From an uncultured Acidobacteriota bacterium (GTDB lineage Bacteria; Acidobacteriota; Vicinamibacteria; Fen-336), in the NCBI GenBank assembly GCA_963720545.1, contig OY970399.1, positions 1,728,001 through 1,792,000 of the forward strand: 64,000 nucleotides of DNA. The letters run 5' to 3'. The notes beneath the pieces were generated by a model, which saw only the letters and a program-made list of their open reading frames with translations, made no database searches and was not told where the DNA came from. This document shows, piece by piece, positions 50,024 through 60,333 of this stretch. The position numbers and the translations under genes were made by a program. Numbering within the stretch: position 1 is the stretch's first letter; every line of letters begins with the position of its first letter.

Positions 50024-51258
50024 GGATGCGCAAGCGTGCGTGGGCGCACGCGACGCTCCTGCTCGCCGCGGCGCTGCTGCCGAGGTGCAGCAGCGACAGT
50101 GACGACGGCACCAGCAACCCCTCCCCATCGCCCTCCGCTCCCGGTGCCTGCACCGCTGGCACGCCCGTGCCGGGCACGCCCGAACTCACGCTCACCCCCG
50201 TCGCATCGGGGCTCAGGCTGCCGCTCGACCTGCAGGCCCCGCGTGGCGACGCAACGCGCCTCTTCGTCGTGGAGCAGGGCGGCAAGATCAAGATCATCCG
50301 CGGGGGCGCGGTGCTCGCGACGCCTTTCATGGACATCGGCGACCGCACCACTCCCCCCGGCGGCGAGCTCGGACTGCTTGGCCTTGCCTTCCATCCGCAA
50401 TACACGCAGAACGGCCGCTTCTACGTGAACTACACGAATCGCGACAACAACACCACGATCAGCGAGTTCCGGGCCGCGAGCGGCACCGCCGACACCGCCG
50501 ACCCTGCGAGCGAACGCAAGCTGGTGTTCGTGGCGCAGCCGTTCGGAAACCACAAAGGCGGCGGCCTGGCGTTCGGCTCGGACGGCTACCTTTATATAGG
50601 ACTGGGCGACGGCGGTTCGGCCGGCGATCCGCAGGAGAACGCGCAAAACCTCGGCCGCGCCCTCGGCAAGATGCTGCGCATCGACGTCAATAGCGGCAAT
50701 CCGTACGCGGTCCCTGTCAGCAACCCGTTCGTTGGCACGAGCGGCGCCGTGCCGGAAGTGTGGGCCTACGGGCTGCGCAACCCGTTCCGCTTCTCGTTCG
50801 ACCGCGCGAGCGGCGACTTGTTCATCGGCGACGTCGGCCAGGGCGAGGTCGAGGAAGTGGACGTCGGCGCCCGCACCCGCGGCGGCGGCGAGAACTACGG
50901 CTGGAACATCACCGAAGGCAACCAGTGCTTCGAGCCCCGGTCGGGATGCAACACCGCGGGCCTCACCCCGCCGGTCGTCACCTATAACCACGACCTCGGC
51001 TGTTCGGTGACCGGCGGCTACGTGTACCGCGGCTGCCGCATGCCAGGCTACGCGGGCACCTATTTCTACGGCGACTTCTGCAGCGGGCTCATCCGCTCTT
51101 TCCGGCTGGTGGGCGGCGCCGCCACCGAACAGCGCGACTGGTCCTCGGCGCTTGCCAGCGGCCGCTTCCAGATCTCGAGCTTCGGCGCGGACAGCGACGG
51201 CGAGATCTACGTCATCGATTACGGCGGCCAGGTGCTGAGGCTTTCGCCCGCCAGCTAG
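50020..51258 (+). CDS. PQQ-dependent glucose/sorbosone dehydrogenase family protein (probable lipoprotein)
   Basis: [43 protein letters not shown]. Confidence 0.9.
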   Translation: MRMRKRAWAHATLLLAAALLPRCSSDSDDGTSNPSPSPSAPGACTAGTPVPGTPELTLTPVASGLRLPLDLQAPRGDATRLFVVEQGGKIKIIRGGAVLATPFMDIGDRTTPPGGELGLLGLAFHPQYTQNGRFYVNYTNRDNNTTISEFRAASGTADTADPASERKLVFVAQPFGNHKGGGLAFGSDGYLYIGLGDGGSAGDPQENAQNLGRALGKMLRIDVNSGNPYAVPVSNPFVGTSGAVPEVWAYGLRNPFRFSFDRASGDLFIGDVGQGEVEEVDVGARTRGGGENYGWNITEGNQCFEPRSGCNTAGLTPPVVTYNHDLGCSVTGGYVYRGCRMPGYAGTYFYGDFCSGLIRSFRLVGGAATEQRDWSSALASGRFQISSFGADSDGEIYVIDYGGQVLRLSPAS

Positions 51259-52541
51259 AACTGCGCCGCTTCGGTCGACCCCTTGAGCGCGCCGGTCGAA
51301 GTGCCCAGCACGGCAGCGACCTTGTCGAAGTAACCGGTGCCGACCTCGCGCTGGTGGCGGGTGGCGGTGTAGCCCTGGTCCTCGGCGGCGAACTCCGCCT
51401 CCTGCAGCTCGGTGTAAGCGGCCATGCCGCGCGTCCGATACTGCTGCGCGAGCGCGAAGGTCGCGTGGTTCAGCGCGTGGAACCCGGCGAGAGTCACGAA
51501 CTGGAACTTGTAGCCCATCGCGCCCAGCTCGCGTTGGAAGGTGGCGATGGTGGCGTCGTCGAGGTTCTTCTTCCAGTTGAAGGACGGCGAGCAGTTGTAG
51601 GCGAGCAGCTTGCCGGGGAAGGCGGCGTGGATGCTCGCGGCGAAGTGCCGCGCCTCGTCGAGGTCGGGCGTGGAGGTCTCGCACCAGATCAGGTCGGCGT
51701 ACGGCGCGTAGGCCAGGCCGCGCGCGATCGCGTACTCGATGCCGCCGTCGATCGGGTAGAAGCCCTCCGCGGTGCGATCGCCGGCGACGATGAACGGCCG
51801 GTCGCGCGGGTCCACGTCCGACAGCAGCAGCCGGGCGCTGTCGGCGTCGGTGCGCGCCACCAGCAGCGTCGGCACGTCCATGACGTCGGCGGCGAGCCGC
51901 GCGGCCACCAGCGTGCGCACGAACTGGCTGGTCGGCACCAGCACCTTGCCGCCGAGGTGTCCGCACTTCTTCTCCGACGCGAGCTGGTCCTCGAAATGCA
52001 CGCCGGCGGCGCCGGCCTCGATCATCGCCTTCATCAGCTCATAGGCGTTCAGCGGGCCGCCGAACCCCGCTTCGGCGTCGGCGACGATCGGCGCGTACCA
52101 GTCGCGGCCGCCCGTGCCCTCGGAGTGCTCGATCTGGTCGGCGCGCTGCAGCGCGCGGTTGATGCGCCGCACCACGGTCGGCACGCTGTCCACCGGATAG
52201 AGGCTCTGGTCGGGGTAAGTCTGGCCCGCGGAATTGGCGTCGGCAGCGACCTGCCAGCCGGAGAGGTAAATCGCCTCCAGGCCGGCGCGCACCATCTGCA
52301 CCGCCTGGTTGCCGGTGAGCGCGCCGAGCGCGTGCACGTAGGGTCGGGTGTGCAGCAGCTGCCACAGCCGTTCGGCGCCGCGCCGCGCCAGCGTGTGCTC
52401 GATGCGCAGCGAGCCGCGCAGCCGCTCGACATCCGCGGCGCCATAGGGCCGCGTGATGCCGGCGAAGCGAGCCGGGATCGTGGCTTCGAGGTGCGCGGGA
52501 AGTGCGATCGGCGCTTCGGGAACGCGGGTGGCGGTCGACAT
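51255..52541 (-). CDS. aceA: Isocitrate lyase
   Basis: [41 protein letters not shown]. Confidence 0.97.
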   Translation of the reverse strand: MSTATRVPEAPIALPAHLEATIPARFAGITRPYGAADVERLRGSLRIEHTLARRGAERLWQLLHTRPYVHALGALTGNQAVQMVRAGLEAIYLSGWQVAADANSAGQTYPDQSLYPVDSVPTVVRRINRALQRADQIEHSEGTGGRDWYAPIVADAEAGFGGPLNAYELMKAMIEAGAAGVHFEDQLASEKKCGHLGGKVLVPTSQFVRTLVAARLAADVMDVPTLLVARTDADSARLLLSDVDPRDRPFIVAGDRTAEGFYPIDGGIEYAIARGLAYAPYADLIWCETSTPDLDEARHFAASIHAAFPGKLLAYNCSPSFNWKKNLDDATIATFQRELGAMGYKFQFVTLAGFHALNHATFALAQQYRTRGMAAYTELQEAEFAAEDQGYTATRHQREVGTGYFDKVAAVLGTSTGALKGSTEAAQF

Positions 52542-52564
52542 TGCAAGGCTCCTTGTGGTCGTTG

Positions 52565-54163
52565 TCAGGCGGCGCTTTTTTGCAAGAGCAGCAGTTGGTA
52601 CGCGGGCAGCGTGAGGAATTCGGGACATTCGTCGGCGAGCACCAGGTCTTGCAGCAGCCGCGCTGCCGCGTCCAGCCGCGGCCGATCCGCGGCGCGCTCC
52701 TCGCCGAGCACGGCCAGGAAGCGCGCGGCGGTGAGCGGGGACGCGGGCTCGCCGGGAGTTTCGCTCGCGAGCGTGGCGCGGCGCTGCAGCCATTGCCACA
52801 CCTGCGCGCGGCAGATCTCCGCGGTGGCGGCGTCCTCCATGAGGTTGTCGATCGGCACGCAACCGCGGCCGTCGAGCCACGCCGCGAGATAGCGCAGAGC
52901 GACGCGGATGTTGTGGCGCAGGGCGGCGGCGGTGCGCGCGCCCGTGGGTACAGCCAACAGGTCGGCGGCGGTCACGTCCACGTCCGCGCGCAGCACCGCC
53001 AGCTGGTTGGGCCCGCTCATGTGCGCGTCGAAAACCTGGTGCGCGAGCGCGACCAGCCCCGGATGCGCCACCCACGTGCCATCGTGGCCGTCCTGCACCT
53101 CGCGCAGCTTGTCGGCGCGGACCTTGTCGAGCGCCGCCTCATTGGCGGCCGGGTTGTCCTTCACCGGGATGAACGCGGACATGCCGCCGATCGCGAACGC
53201 GCCGCGGCGATGGCAGGTGCGCACCAGCAGCTGCGTGTAGGAGCGCAGGAAGTGCTGGTCCATCGTCACCTCGGCGCGATCGGGCAGCACGAACGAGGGC
53301 TCGGCGCGGCGCGTCTTGATGGTGCTGAAGATGTAGTCCCAGCGGCCGCAGTTGAGCCCCGCGGAATGATCCTGCAGTTCGAACAGGATCTCGTCCATTT
53401 CGAAGGCGGCCGGCAGCGTCTCGATGAGGACGGTGGCGCGCATCGAGCCGCGCGCTATCCCGAGCGCGCGCTGCGCGTGCACGAACACGTCGTTCCACCA
53501 GCGCGCTTCGAGGTGACTTTGCAGCTTCGGCAGGTAGAAATACGGCCCCGCGCCGCGGAACAGCAGCTCGGCGGCGTTGTGGAAGGCGAACAGGCCGAAG
53601 TCGAAAAGGCACGCCGGCACGCTTTCGCCGTCCACCAGCACGTGGTTCTCGCGCAGGTGCAGGCCGCGCGGGCGCACCATGAGGGCGGCGGTCTTGGCCG
53701 CCAGCTGGTAGTCGCGTCCGGTGCGCGGATCGATGAAGCGCAGGCCGCGGCGCACCGCCTGGTGCAGGCTCGCCTGCCCTTCGAGCAGATTCTCCCAGGT
53801 CGGCGAGGTGGCGTCTTCGAAGTCGGCCATGAAGACGTCGGCGCCGGAGTTGAGCGCATTGATGACGGTCTTCGGGTCGGTGGGCCCCGTGATCTCGACC
53901 TTGCGGCAGTGCAGCGGCCGTGGCGCGGGCGCCACGCTCCACTCCGAGCGCCGCACTTCAGCGGTCGCGGCCAGGAAATCGAGCGGCTCGCCGCGATCGA
54001 TCCGTAGCTGACGGGCTTGCCGCTCCTCGAGAAGTTCGCGCAGCCGCGGACGAAAGGCTCGAACCAGTTCGAGCAGGAATTCGAGGGCGGCCGGCGTCAG
54101 GATGAGCCGCGAATTGAGATCGTGGTGAGCGTCTTCCAGTTGAAGCATTGGCTTGCGTGACAA
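52565..54163 (-). CDS. aceB: Malate synthase A
   Basis: [36 protein letters not shown]. Confidence 0.96.
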   Translation of the reverse strand: MSRKPMLQLEDAHHDLNSRLILTPAALEFLLELVRAFRPRLRELLEERQARQLRIDRGEPLDFLAATAEVRRSEWSVAPAPRPLHCRKVEITGPTDPKTVINALNSGADVFMADFEDATSPTWENLLEGQASLHQAVRRGLRFIDPRTGRDYQLAAKTAALMVRPRGLHLRENHVLVDGESVPACLFDFGLFAFHNAAELLFRGAGPYFYLPKLQSHLEARWWNDVFVHAQRALGIARGSMRATVLIETLPAAFEMDEILFELQDHSAGLNCGRWDYIFSTIKTRRAEPSFVLPDRAEVTMDQHFLRSYTQLLVRTCHRRGAFAIGGMSAFIPVKDNPAANEAALDKVRADKLREVQDGHDGTWVAHPGLVALAHQVFDAHMSGPNQLAVLRADVDVTAADLLAVPTGARTAAALRHNIRVALRYLAAWLDGRGCVPIDNLMEDAATAEICRAQVWQWLQRRATLASETPGEPASPLTAARFLAVLGEERAADRPRLDAAARLLQDLVLADECPEFLTLPAYQLLLLQKSAA

Positions 54164-54299
54164 TATGCGTTATCGATCGCGCTATGTCCATAACGTATTG
54201 ACCTGTATCAGTTACGCACGTCGCTGTCTGTAAGCAACGTGTTGTCAATCGGTAAAGGTTGAAAATCTATCGGCGAATCGTCTACGCTTTGGCGTCCCC

Positions 54300-55751
54300 A
54301 TGGCCGACAAACTGTTGCTTGGCGCCAAGATCCGGTCGCTGCGCCGCCGTGAGGGTTGGACGCAGGCCGACCTCGCCGCCCGTCTCGAGGTGTCGCCGTC
54401 CTACCTCAACCTCATCGAGCACAACCGCCGCGGTGTGACGGCCGAGATCCTGGTGAAGCTCGCGCGGCTCTTCTCCTGGGACCTCAAGGCCTTGTCCGGC
54501 GACGACGACGCGCGCCTTTCCGCCGAGCTGCTCGAGGCGTTCGGCGATTCTCTCTTCGAAGCGCAGGACCTGCAGGCCGCCGAAATCCGCGACCTCGCGC
54601 AGCTGTCGCCCGCGGTGGGACGTTCGGTGCTCGCCTTGTACCGCGCCTACCGCGACATGCGCGAATCGACCGAGAGCCTGGCCGCGCGCATGTCCGAGGG
54701 GCAGGACGGAGCCGCCGGCATCGGCCTCGAGCGCTCGCTGCTGCCCTCGGAGGAGGTCACCGACTTCATCCAGGGCCGCGGCAATTACTTCGCTGCGCTG
54801 GAAGACGGCGCCGAGCTGCTGCGCAACTCGGGCCTGCTCGCCGGCGATCTGTTCGAAGGCATGGTCCGCTATCTCGACGATCACTTCCACGTGGACGTCA
54901 CGGTCGAGACGGTGGCGGCGATGCACGGCGCGGTGCGCCGCTATGACCCGCGCAAGCGGGTGCTGCACCTGTCCGAGTCGCTGCGCCGCGGCAGCCGCAA
55001 CTTCCAGGTGGCCTATCAAGTGGGCCTGCTCACCCAGGGGGAGCTGATCGAGCAGCTGGCGCGCGATCCGCTCCTCACGGGCGACGAGTCGCGCTCGCTG
55101 GCGCGGGTGGCCCTCGCCAACTATTTCGCCGGCGCGCTGCTGATGCCGTACGCCCGCTTCCTCGAGGAGGCGGAGGCCGAACGCTACGATATCGAAGTGC
55201 TCGGCAACCGCTTCCGCACCAGCTTCGAGCAGGTGTGCCATCGCCTCACCACGCTGCACCGCCCGGGCGCCGAGGGCGTGCCGTTCCACCTGGTGCGCAT
55301 CGACGTGGCCGGCAACATCTCGAAGCGCTTCTCCGCGTCGGGCCTGCGCTTCGCGCGCTTCAGCGGGGCCTGCCCGCGCTGGAACGTGTTCGCTTCGTTC
55401 GTCACTCCCGGCATGACGCGCACCCAGATCTCGCAGATGCCGGACGGCACCACCTACTTCTGGATGGCGCGCGCGCTGCGCAAGGGCGCCTTCGGCCATC
55501 ACGCGCCGCACACGATGTTCGCGATCGCGCTCGGCTGCGAGATCCGCCACGCGCACCGGCTGGTGTACGCCGACGGCGTCAACCTCGCGAGCCGCGAGGC
55601 GGTGGTGCCCGTGGGCATCACCTGCCGCATCTGCGAGCGCCACGACTGCGAGCAGCGGGCCTTTCCCGCCATCCAGTCGCCGCTGCGCATCGACGAGAAT
55701 GTCCGCGGCGTCTCGTTCTACGCGCCCGTCATCGACCCGCCCAGTTCATGA
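54300..55751 (+). CDS. ramB: RamB/ScfR-family short-chain acyl-CoA-responsive XRE regulator
   Basis: XRE HTH (SPSYLNLIEHNRR), ANYFAGALLMPY, RIDVAGNISKR, GACPRWN, CRICERHDCEQRA; divergent from aceB. Confidence 0.85.
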   Translation: MADKLLLGAKIRSLRRREGWTQADLAARLEVSPSYLNLIEHNRRGVTAEILVKLARLFSWDLKALSGDDDARLSAELLEAFGDSLFEAQDLQAAEIRDLAQLSPAVGRSVLALYRAYRDMRESTESLAARMSEGQDGAAGIGLERSLLPSEEVTDFIQGRGNYFAALEDGAELLRNSGLLAGDLFEGMVRYLDDHFHVDVTVETVAAMHGAVRRYDPRKRVLHLSESLRRGSRNFQVAYQVGLLTQGELIEQLARDPLLTGDESRSLARVALANYFAGALLMPYARFLEEAEAERYDIEVLGNRFRTSFEQVCHRLTTLHRPGAEGVPFHLVRIDVAGNISKRFSASGLRFARFSGACPRWNVFASFVTPGMTRTQISQMPDGTTYFWMARALRKGAFGHHAPHTMFAIALGCEIRHAHRLVYADGVNLASREAVVPVGITCRICERHDCEQRAFPAIQSPLRIDENVRGVSFYAPVIDPPSS

Positions 55752-56248
55752 GCGCCACCGCCGTCCGCCTCGCGGGCCTCGCCGGAACCGCCGCTTATTG
55801 CGGGTTGATCGCGTGGCTCTACGTGTCGCAGCCGCAGACGGTCGCCGAGATCACCGGCGGCCTGTCGGCGCAGGTGGGCGCGTACCAGATCGACCAGGCC
55901 GCATTCGCGGACGGCCTGGCCCTCTTTCGTGAAGACGCGTTCGTGGCGGCGCGCTCGGCGTTCGCGCGCGCCGATCCGGCGAACCGGGACGCCGTCACCC
56001 AGTTCTACGTCGCCTACAGCTTCTATCGGCAGGGCTTCGGCCGGATCCGCAACGACCGCGCGCTTTTCCGCGAGGGCCTGACGGCGCTCGAGCGCGCGAC
56101 CGCGGCGGCGCCGGGTGGCGCGGTGCGCGTGGCCGATCCCAGCCTGGCGCTGCACACCGCCGACGAACTGCGTGCGGAGCTGCAGGCGGGGCTTGTCAGC
56201 GACGCGTCCGACCTGAACCCGCTGCGCCTTTTCGAGCCGCGCAAGTGA
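55748..56248 (+). CDS. Hypothetical membrane-anchored protein with TPR-like segment
   Basis: ATGA overlap with the regulator; N-terminal TM. Confidence 0.6.
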   Translation: MSATAVRLAGLAGTAAYCGLIAWLYVSQPQTVAEITGGLSAQVGAYQIDQAAFADGLALFREDAFVAARSAFARADPANRDAVTQFYVAYSFYRQGFGRIRNDRALFREGLTALERATAAAPGGAVRVADPSLALHTADELRAELQAGLVSDASDLNPLRLFEPRK

Positions 56249-56916
56249 CGACGGAGCCGAAGTCGCAGGCGGTGCGCGAGGCGCTGGTGCTGCCGGCGCT
56301 GTTCCTGACGAGCTTCCTCGCCGGCGGCTTCCGCGGCGGCAGCAGCGTACGCCTGGTGCCACCGGCGCTCACCGCGTTGGTGCTCGGGGCGCTCCTCGTG
56401 GCCGCGCTGCTGCGCTCGGGCGTTTGGGTACCGGCGCATTTCGTCTCGCCGCGGCGGCCGGGGCTTGCCAACGCGTCCGGGCTCGTCGCCAGCGCGGCGA
56501 TGCTGCTCGCCTCGGCGCAGGCGCTGAACGTAGTGATGCCGGAAGACGGCCTGCTGCACGCGGCGTTCGCGGTGCTGCTGGCGGTGCAGCTGCTGACGAC
56601 GCTTGCTGCCTTGCGCGACCGCGCCGCGCTGCTGCGCAGCCTGGCCACGCTCCTCGGCTGCGCGTTCGTGCTGCGCTTCATCGTCCTCGAATCGCTGTTC
56701 GCGCCCCGGCCCGGCTGGCTGAAGCGCGTGCTGGCAGCGGCGCTCGAGGGCGTGTCACTCGGCACGTTGTCGTACTCGCCGACCGGAACCGTCGCCGGCT
56801 ACACCGCGTTCGCCGCGCTCTGCCTCTACTTGTGGGGTCTCTTCCTGATGGGGGCGCCGGGCGGCGCTGGCACTGTCACTCTCGACGACGAGCGCCATCG
56901 GCTCCCGGAGGCCTGA
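56245..56916 (+). CDS. Hypothetical polytopic membrane protein
   Basis: GTGA overlap; multiple hydrophobic segments. Confidence 0.65.
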   Translation: MTTEPKSQAVREALVLPALFLTSFLAGGFRGGSSVRLVPPALTALVLGALLVAALLRSGVWVPAHFVSPRRPGLANASGLVASAAMLLASAQALNVVMPEDGLLHAAFAVLLAVQLLTTLAALRDRAALLRSLATLLGCAFVLRFIVLESLFAPRPGWLKRVLAAALEGVSLGTLSYSPTGTVAGYTAFAALCLYLWGLFLMGAPGGAGTVTLDDERHRLPEA

Positions 56917-57911
56917 TGCTGCCCGCCACGATGCAGGCGATCGCGATCCGCGAACCTGGCGGCCCGGAAGTGCTCGCGCTGGTCACGCGCGCGGTGCCGG
57001 AGCCAGGCCAGGGCGAAATCCTGATCGCGGTCCGCGCGGCGAGCGTCAACCGTCCCGACATCCTGCAGCGCATGGGCCGCTACGCGTTGCAGCCGGGCGC
57101 GTCCGATCTGCCCGGCCTCGACGTCGCAGGCACGGTCGCAGCGGTCGGTCCTGGGGTCGAACGATTCAAGGAAGGCGACCGGGTGTGCGCGCTGCTCGCG
57201 GGCGGCGGCTATGCGGAGTACTGCGTCGCGCCCGAAGTGCAGGCGCTGCCGGTTCCGGGCGGCCTCGATTTCACCGCCGCCGCCGCGCTGCCCGAGACCA
57301 CGTTCACGGTCTGGGCCAATGTTTTCGAGTCGGGAGCGCTGGTTGCCGGCGAGTCTTTCCTGGTGCACGGCGGCACCAGCGGCATCGGCACCACGGCGAT
57401 AGCACTCGCCAGCGCCTTCGGAGCGCGCGTGTTCGCAACCGCCGGTTCCGCCGCGAAGTGCGAAGCCTGCGTGCGCCTCGGCGCCGAGCGTGCCGTCAAC
57501 TACAAGGACGATGACTTCGTCGCGGCGCTGCAGCAGGCGACCGGCGGACGCGGCGTGGACGTCATCCTCGACATGGTCGGCGGCGACTACACCGCGCGCA
57601 ACCTGAAGCTGCTCGCGCCGCGCGGGCGCCTGGTGCAGATCGCCTACTTGCGCGGGGCGCGCGCCGAGATCGACTGGAGCGTGATCATGGCGAAGGGGCT
57701 GACGCTTGGCGGCAGCTTGCTGCGCCCGCGCAGCGTCGCCGAGAAGGGTCGCATCGCCGCCGCCGTCCTGCGGCACGTGTGGCCGCTGGTCGAGTCCGGG
57801 GCGTTCGTGCCGGTGGTCCATCAGGCGCTGCCGCTGGCGCACGCCCGCGAAGCGCACGAGCTGATGGAGTCGGGCGCGCACGTCGGCAAGATCGTTCTGA
57901 CGATCGGCTAG
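56916..57911 (+). CDS. NAD(P)H-quinone oxidoreductase (PIG3 / zeta-crystallin-like MDR)
   Basis: PGGPEVL, VNRPD, GGGYAEY, VHGGTSGIG, HVGKIVL. Confidence 0.92.
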   Translation: MLPATMQAIAIREPGGPEVLALVTRAVPEPGQGEILIAVRAASVNRPDILQRMGRYALQPGASDLPGLDVAGTVAAVGPGVERFKEGDRVCALLAGGGYAEYCVAPEVQALPVPGGLDFTAAAALPETTFTVWANVFESGALVAGESFLVHGGTSGIGTTAIALASAFGARVFATAGSAAKCEACVRLGAERAVNYKDDDFVAALQQATGGRGVDVILDMVGGDYTARNLKLLAPRGRLVQIAYLRGARAEIDWSVIMAKGLTLGGSLLRPRSVAEKGRIAAAVLRHVWPLVESGAFVPVVHQALPLAHAREAHELMESGAHVGKIVLTIG

Positions 57912-57920
57912 CTGGTCCCG

Positions 57921-58349
57921 CTACTTCAGCTGCACCAGCGCCATAGGGCTGCGCTCCCAGGTGGCGCAGAGGATCCACCAGCGGCCCGAGTCCTTCAGCA
58001 GGTGCAGGTGATTGGTGCCGGTGTAGAGCACATCGCCGTCGGGAGTGAGGCGCGCCGCGTAGTTCGACATCACCGAGGCGACGTCGCCCGTGATGTGTTC
58101 TTCGCGTGACGTCTCGACTTCGAAGAAGCCGTGCTCGCACAGCGGCGCGTCGGCTTCGCGGCGGAACTCCTGCGGAGTCTGCGAGCGCACCAGGAAGCGG
58201 CCGTCGGCCTGGCGCTGCGCGATGTTGAAGCGGCAGGTCGGCCACAGGTCGCGTTCGTTGGACTGCCAGTCGCGCGGCGCGCCCTTCGGCCCCGAGATCG
58301 ACGCATACAAGTCGTGGATGACGTCGGCAATGGTGCGCGACTCGGTCAT
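57921..58349 (-). CDS. NTF2-like fold hypothetical protein
   Basis: LYASISGPKG..RDW, GFFEVE, GTNHLHLLKDSGRWWI. Confidence 0.7.
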   Translation of the reverse strand: MTESRTIADVIHDLYASISGPKGAPRDWQSNERDLWPTCRFNIAQRQADGRFLVRSQTPQEFRREADAPLCEHGFFEVETSREEHITGDVASVMSNYAARLTPDGDVLYTGTNHLHLLKDSGRWWILCATWERSPMALVQLK

Positions 58350-60256
58350 GAAAGCGCCTCCAGCATTTGTTGGCCCGACGGAAAGCGCAGCGTGCGATCG
58401 GGGTGCAGCGCGCGGATCACGAGCCGGTCGAACCACTCCGGGATCTTCGCGTCGAAGCGGCTCGGCAGCGGCAGCCCCACGCCCTGCGGCTGCGAGCGCG
58501 GCTCGAGGCCGCAGACGAGGTGGTAGAGCACGGCGCCCAGCGAATAGACGTCGGCGGTGGTGTCGAGGGTGCGCTCGGGCGCCTGGTAGCGCGGATCGCT
58601 GGCGGCAGCGGCAACGACGACGCGGCCGAGGCCGATGTCGGCGAGCTTGATGACGCCGGCCTTCATCATGATGTTGGACGGCTGGATGGAGCCGTGCACG
58701 AAGCCGCGCTCGTGCAGGTAGGCGAGCGCCGGCACCAGCGAGCGCGCCACCTTGAGCGCCTTGCCGAAGGGCATCTTCTGGCCGGCGCGCAGCGGGCCGG
58801 CGAGGGTGCGCGCGTCGGCGAGGAATTCGCTCACCACACAAGCGCGGTCGTCGATCTCGTCGAAGCCGAACACCTTGACCAGGTGCTGGTGCTCGAGCGC
58901 CGCGGCGCGCGTGGCATCCTCGGCGACGCCGGCGCGCAGCTGCTGGTCCGCCATCAGCTCGCGCGGCAGCACCCGCAGCGCCACCTCGATGCCGAGGTCG
59001 CGGTCCTCGGCGCGGAACACGATGCCGAGCGGGCCGCGGCCCACTTCTTCCTTCGGCTCGAAGCGCGGCGCCACGTTCACCGGGATGGTGACCGTGAGGT
59101 TGGCGGGCGCGGGCTCGATGCGCGCGGCGGTGCTTTGGTCGCCGGCGCGCTCGTAGGCGCGCGCCGCGTGGCGATCGAGCCCGGCGCGCAGGTAGGCGGC
59201 GCCGGCGGCAGCGAAGTCGCCGGCGTCCTCGAGCGCCGCCGCGGCGCGGTCGGCCATGCCCTGCTGCTCGAAGAGCTCGGCGGCGCGGCGGAACTCGCCG
59301 CCTTTCTGGAAGTACGACGCCGCCTCGGCGACACGATCACCGGCGAGCGCCGCCGCCGCGCGCAGCAGTGCGCCGCGCGCCATGTCGCCGCCGCGCTCGC
59401 GCGCTTCGGCGGCGGCCAGCAGGTCGCCGGCGGCGATGAAGAACTCGGCGGCCTGGTCGGGATCGTGCAATGCCGCGGCGGTCGCCGCAGCCTCGCGCAT
59501 GTAGAGCCCGCGCGCGTACACCTGCTGCGCGCGGCTTTGCAGCCCGGCCTGCTCGAAAAGCTTGCCGGCGAGCAGCGCGCTGCGGCGCTCCACCTCGGCC
59601 ATCTTCGTGGCATCGACGGCGCTCGCGAGCTTCTGCCAGAAGTCGCGCTCGTACGACTCGGCGGCGTCCTTGTAGCGGCCCGCCCGCTGGAACGCCTCGG
59701 CCGCGCGCACGTGGTAGCCGGCCTGCTCGAACAGCTCGGCCGCCTTCGCCTCCTGACCGTCCTGCGCATAGAAGCGCGCCGCCTCCACCGCATTGCCGCG
59801 CTCGTGATAGAGCTCGGCGGCCCGGTCGGCGCGGCCGGCGGAAGCGAACAGGTCGCCGGCCTTGCGGTAGTCGCCGGCCTTGCGGTACAGCTCGGCGGCC
59901 GACTCCCGCTGACCCTGGTGCTCGCGCACCGCCGCGGCGTGATAGTAGTCACCGCCCTGCAGGTAGCTTTCGCCGGCATCGGTCAGGAGGCCCGCCGATT
60001 CGAAAGCTTTCGCGGCGCCGATGAAGTCGTTCTGGCGCCGGAGGCTCTGCGCCTCGCGCACGGCCTGGCTGCGGACGAAGCCCGTGCCGAACAGCCGGGC
60101 GATCCGCCGCGGAATGCGAATGGCCGGCAACCGGACGCGGGGGCGGAGCAGCCAGAAAAGCAGCGCGGCGACAGCCGCCACCCCGATCCAGGGCAGATAA
60201 GGCAAGGCGCCGAGGCTCTGGACCAGGTCTTCCAAGGGGTGTGATGTGTGTACCAA
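58346..60256 (-). CDS. Membrane-anchored alpha-solenoid repeat protein with C-terminal pseudokinase domain
   Basis: TM; many AAELY..AG repeats; kinase fold with VALR, HGSIQPSN, DIG, APE. Confidence 0.8.
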   Translation of the reverse strand: MVHTSHPLEDLVQSLGALPYLPWIGVAAVAALLFWLLRPRVRLPAIRIPRRIARLFGTGFVRSQAVREAQSLRRQNDFIGAAKAFESAGLLTDAGESYLQGGDYYHAAAVREHQGQRESAAELYRKAGDYRKAGDLFASAGRADRAAELYHERGNAVEAARFYAQDGQEAKAAELFEQAGYHVRAAEAFQRAGRYKDAAESYERDFWQKLASAVDATKMAEVERRSALLAGKLFEQAGLQSRAQQVYARGLYMREAAATAAALHDPDQAAEFFIAAGDLLAAAEARERGGDMARGALLRAAAALAGDRVAEAASYFQKGGEFRRAAELFEQQGMADRAAAALEDAGDFAAAGAAYLRAGLDRHAARAYERAGDQSTAARIEPAPANLTVTIPVNVAPRFEPKEEVGRGPLGIVFRAEDRDLGIEVALRVLPRELMADQQLRAGVAEDATRAAALEHQHLVKVFGFDEIDDRACVVSEFLADARTLAGPLRAGQKMPFGKALKVARSLVPALAYLHERGFVHGSIQPSNIMMKAGVIKLADIGLGRVVVAAAASDPRYQAPERTLDTTADVYSLGAVLYHLVCGLEPRSQPQGVGLPLPSRFDAKIPEWFDRLVIRALHPDRTLRFPSGQQMLEALS

Positions 60257-60333
60257 GGGTACGCAGCGGCGAGGGGAGTATACTCTTCCGTATCCTTCGC
60301 CAGCCTTCGCTCGCGGCGGAGAGCTATCCCTCT

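Noticed and set aside
52540..52590. TTTGCAA/TTGCAA upstream of aceA as a RamB box
   Set aside because: One copy lies within aceB codons and the other overlaps the aceA start/RBS. The spacing does not match a dyad.
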